The notes beneath the pieces are model-generated. The model was not told the origin of the DNA and ran no database searches. It saw nothing but the letters and a program-made list of their open reading frames with translations. 64,000 bases of DNA from Amoebidium appalachense. Its lineage: Eukaryota; Protista; Ichthyosporea. Below, piece by piece: positions 45,893 through 64,000 of this stretch. Position 1 is the stretch's first letter. Every line of letters starts with the position of its first letter. The stretch lies in contig CAVNZM010000003.1 of assembly GCA_963693365.1 (NCBI GenBank), forward strand, positions 8,303,312 to 8,367,311. Reading direction: 5' to 3'. The position numbers were made by a program, and so were the translations under genes.

Positions 45893-46174
45893 GGGGGTTT
45901 ACGCTGTTTACTCGAGGCAAAGAGAAACCAGCCTCAGGTATGGGGAAGTTTTTGCTCGGAATATCCCCTCAGCGGTATATCATGATCACGTACGTACATA
46001 GATGTCGGGTGATGACTATATATCAGGGTTTACTTTCTCTACGAGACACCATAAAGACTACAAAGAGAAATCAATTAGTTGGGGTTCCCCGTTTTTTTTT
46101 TTTTTCTTTTTTCTTTTTTTTTCTTTTTCTTTTTAAGGGGCTCCCCTGGCCATGGGACACTCGGTATCAGCTGG

Positions 46175-46213
<39 letters not shown>

Positions 46214-47368
46214 TGCACGTGCGCTAGAATTTTGTAGTGATGTGTTTCTCAAGCCAATCAATACATCTAATAAACAGGTCGTAGCTATAGTTACACGTGT
46301 TAAGTATAAAATCAAGGATGTTGTAATTTACAGGTAGACTATCTTTCTGGGTGTCTGTTGTGAATGTGACGTGTGTGTGTTGCGGTATTATGTGGTCTAT
46401 CAAACTACATTTGGCGATACATGACCGGTTAAACTGGTGTGTGTGTGTGTTGTTTGGGCATGCAAATGATGCCACCTTATACTTATTAGATCTCCACTGT
46501 ATAGCACGTGTACAGTAAAAGCGTGGTAATTGATCAATAATACCATCAACTAGAGAAAGACCAGTTCTACAGGAAGGTGATATGTATTTAGGTGTGATAC
46601 ATTTGTGAGTGCCATATTTGGCAATATGGTTGAGGCGGTCAGTATATATATAACGAGACATAAGGCTTAGTTTTCCAAGGTGTATGCTTTCATCGGGTCT
46701 AGTGTCGTGTGGTATCTTTTTCCATTTGTTATATTGCGTGAATATCTTGTGATTGTGTACATAATTAATAAGTAAGTGGCAGTCCAAAGTCACACACACA
46801 CTTTTGCGGGGTTTATTTGTATTTGTGCCCAGGGGAGAAGGGGAGAGAGAGGGAAGGAAAGAGGGGAGAGGTGAGGAGGGGACAGGTCGGATAGAGAAGA
46901 GGGGTGGGAGGGCAAATACTTCTTTAAGCGGCTTGTCGCGAGATAGGATACTCTAGCAGCTATTAATATTGGGACCAGAACATATATCGAGAGCGTTACA
47001 GGCCCAGATTTACAACAGTTGTTAGATAGAAAGGAGGCAACTTCTGCTTCAAGGAAATTTGCCAAGGGTTTAAAGCTCTAGTTCTCTCTTTCTTGATCCA
47101 AGCGGCGAGAAGGGGTAAACCATATTCACATGCCGGGAAGATAAAAGTGCGAATAAATGTAAGTCTAATAGAAGGATGGAGGGGTGTGTCTTTAAAAATA
47201 TTAGCCGAGAAGAAAGCTAACCGCTTACGAGCCAACTCTACTCTCTTTTCGACCATATGGGAAAACATAACACCAACAGAATTAAGCGGAACACCAAGAT
47301 ATTTGCATTCTGGAACTATAGGTACAGGTTTAGATAATCATGTAAATGTGTGTAAATTGTTAGCTATA
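45893..47368 (-). mobile_element. 5'-truncated, frameshifted second copy of the LINE (3' ~1.5 kb)
   Basis: Colinear with 21817-23326, with scattered substitutions and indels. The ORF2 C-terminus is broken into three ORFs (46996-47268, 46790-47065, 46224-46799). Confidence 0.93.
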
Positions 47369-47515
47369 ACACATGTGAGTGTGTGTGCACTGCAGTGTGT
47401 GCAACGGTGCGTGTGTGTGTGCCTTTGGTATAGCTCTGGCGTGTCTCTGTGTGTGTATGTACATGTGCCTGTGTGTGCCGTGTAACACCAGTCTCTGCAC
47501 GGACATGTGTGTGTG

Positions 47516-47567
<52 letters not shown>

Positions 47568-48171
47568 TTTATGTGTGTGTGTGCAGTATGTGTACGTGTG
47601 TGTACGTGTGTGTGTGTGATGCATAGTGTGTGTGTGAGTACACTCAGTACAATGGCATGCGCTTGCCCTGACATTGCTATAGTTTCTCAAAGAACGGTTT
47701 GCCTTGCACCCTGATTTATAAATATATACATGCCACTACGGCGGCCATCATTCACCACCCGGATTCGCGGCAAGATCCTAGGGGATATTGGATGGGCACC
47801 AGGCCACTAGTAAGATCTACACAGTGTACATGTGTGTCTGTGTATGTGTGGGCCGGAGTACTAGCTGTGTGCGTGTCTGTGTACATGTGTGTGTGTGTGT
47901 GTGCCACGGTGTGTGAAGGTGTGTGTGTGTGTGCGTGTGCGTGCGTGTGTGTGTGTGTGTGTGTCGTTGCCGCACGCACACGAGCGCACACGTGCACGTG
48001 CACACACAACTTTTCACACACATGCACACAAACACACCCGTGGACACACACACACACACCGCGCATATCAAAAACAAACGGCACCGCACACAGGCACACA
48101 CGCGCGTGCGCACGCACGGGCACACACACACACACACAAGTACACATGCGCACACACGCGCACGCGCATGC

Positions 48172-48203
<32 letters not shown>

Positions 48204-48428
48204 ACATGTACACACACACACGCACACACACACACACGGTTTATACATTTATACATTTACCTAACTATAAATACATGGTATACAAGCCCGAGTATTATTA
48301 TTAAACTACCACTCCGCGTCATCTACTTCCCCATCTACAACATACACACACATGTACACACACACACACACACGCACACACAAACACTATACAGTACGCG
48401 CACACACATACACACACGAACACACATG

Positions 48429-48481
<53 letters not shown>

Positions 48482-48700
48482 CACACACAAACACACGCAC
48501 ACACACACACACACACAAACATGTATACAGGAACCCACACACATACACGGACGCACACATAGCACACACACACACACACGTGGCGCCACTACTTTGGAAT
48601 ATCCGTATCATGTGATGCCTGTATACGTATGATATCATGGTTTACCACATGTGTTGTGTCATCATACGCAGCCATATGCATGGGGGCCGGGCGGGGGCGG

Positions 48701-48760
<60 letters not shown>

Positions 48761-49366
48761 CTTACCATGTCTTACCATGAAACCTCGGGAGGCTTACCAT
48801 GAACCGAAATTTTGTTGGTATTTTCAAAATGTTCTGGGTATTTTTTACCGTAAAAACGGGGTTATGGTCGGGCTTGAACGCCATACACACACACGCGCGC
48901 GCGCGCGCACGCCACACGCACACATACACAAACACAGCGCCGCAGTATGATATGTGCACACACATGCATGAGCCTGCCTGCGAACATACACACACCAGAC
49001 ACACACACCATGGCACACGCACACGTGTACACACGCGCACACACACGCGCACGCACACACACATGCATATTATTATTAGACTTATTTTTATTACACACAG
49101 ACGTCACACACACACACACACGAACACACACACAAACACAAACACACGTACACACGTGGAATCCGCAATCAAAGCACAACGTCACATGCCGCGCACACGT
49201 GCATATGTAGGCGTGAAAAAGGCCGGTACACACGCTGCAGCACCAGAACAACTTGCAGCATGCTGTTTGGAACATTTCGTTTTGATCCGAAGGCATGCAG
49301 CGCCAGCTGTCAGTTTATTAACGATATCATGTGACTATGACCAGGGGATAACAGACTCGATAACAT

Positions 49367-49399
<33 letters not shown>

Positions 49400-49420
49400 C
49401 CCCGCCTCTCCCCACCCACC

Positions 49421-49459
<39 letters not shown>

Positions 49460-50112
49460 AGACACAGACACAGACAAAGTCACACCGACACCGTAGCTAC
49501 AGTCACCACGGTGAGCACATCCTGTGTGCCCCCGGGAGCACGTGCAAGCTATGCTTAAGAACCCGAGTGCCAAAACACCATCAGCAGCAGCATGTATAAA
49601 TATCTGTCTTCTTTCATTCAGGGATACGAATACCAAAAACTGTCATCAGAAGGCAGTGCAGCGAGCAAAATCACGGTCCCAATGCCTACTACATATCCGT
49701 GTATCAGTTTTATGTATGTGTACGTTGCAGGTGCGCATTCATGAATATCCATGACTTGAAATTTCACTATCCAACTCGTTTATCCAACTAGTATTTTATC
49801 TATGTGTGGGGAAGGCCGAAATCTGAGGGGTTCGTACTAGCATCTCAGTAACTGTCAGTGGTTGAAATGTAGAAAACTATTCGATTGAACTTTGTGGTTA
49901 ATGTAGTACATTACAAAACGAGGGAAGAAACACTTTCAATGAGCATCTCAATATTAAAGTCATTATTAAAAAAAAAACCTTCAAACGGTCAGTGCAAACG
50001 TACATAACTACTCTATAAAATCCTTCACTTCTCCACCTGTTCTACATTATCGACAACAATCCGAGAACGAGAGCAAAAGACACATTACACCACCACGAAT
50101 ATACAAATATAC

Positions 50113-61995
<11,883 letters not shown>

Positions 61996-62570
61996 TTTAG
62001 CTTTTGTGTGGGTCTGCGCCCAAACGCGTCGATTCTACTGTGTATTGTTTCCAAACCAGCCTTTTCCCTGCTACTTGCCGCTGTTGAAAACCCTCCTTCT
62101 TTTTTTTGTCTGATCAACTTTTCAACGTTGCTCTTAAGGGGGTGATCACGAAAGTCGTTTACAACGGAAGCTTGAGTTGAGTTCTTGTAACCATAGGATG
62201 ACCAAGGCGATTGCCGTTCAAGCTGATTAGCAGCCGGTAATGTGTGTTGGTGCCCTGGTGCTACCTAAAAACGGGTTAAACATTATTGATCTAGACGGCC
62301 GATCTCAGGTTTCGATTGAAAGACCGGAAACCTCGGGTATTGTAAAACCTTTCTCTCTTGAAATGGTAACAAGTCGAACTGCTGCTTTTCTAGAACAGTT
62401 CTGTTTTTCCTAAGGGTTGGCAGAAACAATTTCACGTGAAGGCCACTCAGAAGCATATTAAATAAACACTCTCGTATGTCTTCTGGCCTTGGAAATAAAC
62501 CGTGTAAAACTGCAACAGAGCAGCCCCCCCTCCCCCCCAAAGTGCTCTAATACAGAGAAACACACCAACA

Positions 62571-63017
<447 letters not shown>

Positions 63018-63469
63018 GTTCCTCTCTCTCTGTTTCTCTCTCGCCCTGTCTCCCTCTCCCTCTCTCCCTCTTTCCCTCCTCCCACCCTACCCTCTCACCC
63101 CACCGCCTCCCCACACGCACACATTCTCTTTCTCTTTCTCCGCCCTCCTCCTCCCCCCCCCCCCCCCCCCCTTCCCCCCTCCCCCCTCCCCCCGGTCTCT
63201 GTGCGCGTGGAAGCCGGCTTGTGTATGTACATGTGTGCAGGTTTCTTTTTTTTTTTTTCCCCGAGTGTGCGTGTGTGCGTGTGTGCGTGTGTGCTTGTGT
63301 GTGCTTGTGTGTGTATGTGTGTGTGTGTGTGTCTGTGTGTGTGTGTAGGGGGGGGAGGGGGGGGGGGGGGGGAAGGGGGTGGGGCTGGGGGAATGCCTTG
63401 CGAGCCTCAGGATAATAACCCTCGATTTCAGTAAGTTAGCTCAGTTCAGAACTGAAGGTAACTAAGAAA

Positions 63470-63693
63470 GGGCCCAACCACATCAGCAAGGTCATTCTGC
63501 CGCAAGTTGAATTCGTCGGCAAAAAGCACTGTTTTTTTGAGCAGATTTATGCTGCTTGAAGCAAGTTTATTCAGCTTCTGAGAGAAAATATGAATCTACT
63601 TTTTGCAGAATAGTCCTGTTTCAGTGGCAAGAATAATGCCGCTTTCTACAGAGAAGTAGTTTCTGCTCAGAGTAAGCACTTGTAGTTGGGCCC
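63470..63693. mobile_element. Probable PIF/Harbinger-type MITE (224 bp)
   Basis: TIR GGGCCCAAC(C/T)ACA (12/13 match). The right flank is TAA and the left flank AAA, a possibly mutated TAA TSD. Confidence 0.55.
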
Positions 63694-64000
63694 TAATGCT
63701 CTAATGAATGGCTCTTTGAATTACTAAAAGTTTGAAATTGTATGTGTCCAACAAACTATCTGATAATTTCCCCCCACCCCCCCCCCCCCTTTTTTTTTAA
63801 ATTAGGGGAATAATTATAACCCAATTTAAATGGGGACTTTACTTTCACTTCGATCTCTTAGCTGTCACGTCAACTTTTTTTCCCGATTCTTCACCATGGC
63901 AGGTATATAAAGGCTTTCGTTTCTTCTTTTTGTGGTGGGAGGGAGTCCCACTCAGGGGAACGTGACTGCAGCGTGTGTGTGGTGTGGCCTGGTGTATTCC

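Noticed and set aside
63896-63908. ATGGCAG|GTATAT as the first exon of a downstream plus-strand gene
   Set aside because: Too short to support without downstream sequence.

Overview
Eukaryotic nuclear DNA, probably an opisthokont protist or early-diverging fungus-like lineage (inference only). The genes are intron-rich, and the introns are packed with poly(G)/poly(C) runs and (CA)n/(GT)n/(GA)n microsatellites, so most of the ORF track is low-complexity noise. Manual splicing with phase checks gives these genes: a secreted modular GH18 chitinase (+, 2901-8722; 2xCBM1, Thr linkers, CBM5/12, GH18; one GC-AG intron; one apparent frameshift), NDUFV1 (-, 11 exons), an intronless CBM21 protein (-), a KIF24-like SAM protein with no visible motor domain (-), and TRAPPC13 (-, 12 exons). 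Mobile DNA comprises a near-full-length APE/RT LINE with a 5'-truncated sister copy, a piggyBac-type MITE and several other foldback elements. Three signals stand out. (1) A divergent family of at least 9 short intronic elements shares one terminus (GTACTTCGTAC-N8-GCATTC-AAA followed by poly(C) on the host sense strand), is variably truncated at the other end and includes a 426-bp head-to-tail tandem. It looks like a poly(C)-tailed or poly(C)-targeting retroposon, and the LINE also ends in AAACCCCC rather than at its poly(A). (2) A 32-nt frameshifting insert at the start of LINE ORF2 is complementary to the element's own 3' UTR 3.2 kb away. (3) Both splice junctions of one NDUFV1 intron are tandemly duplicated.
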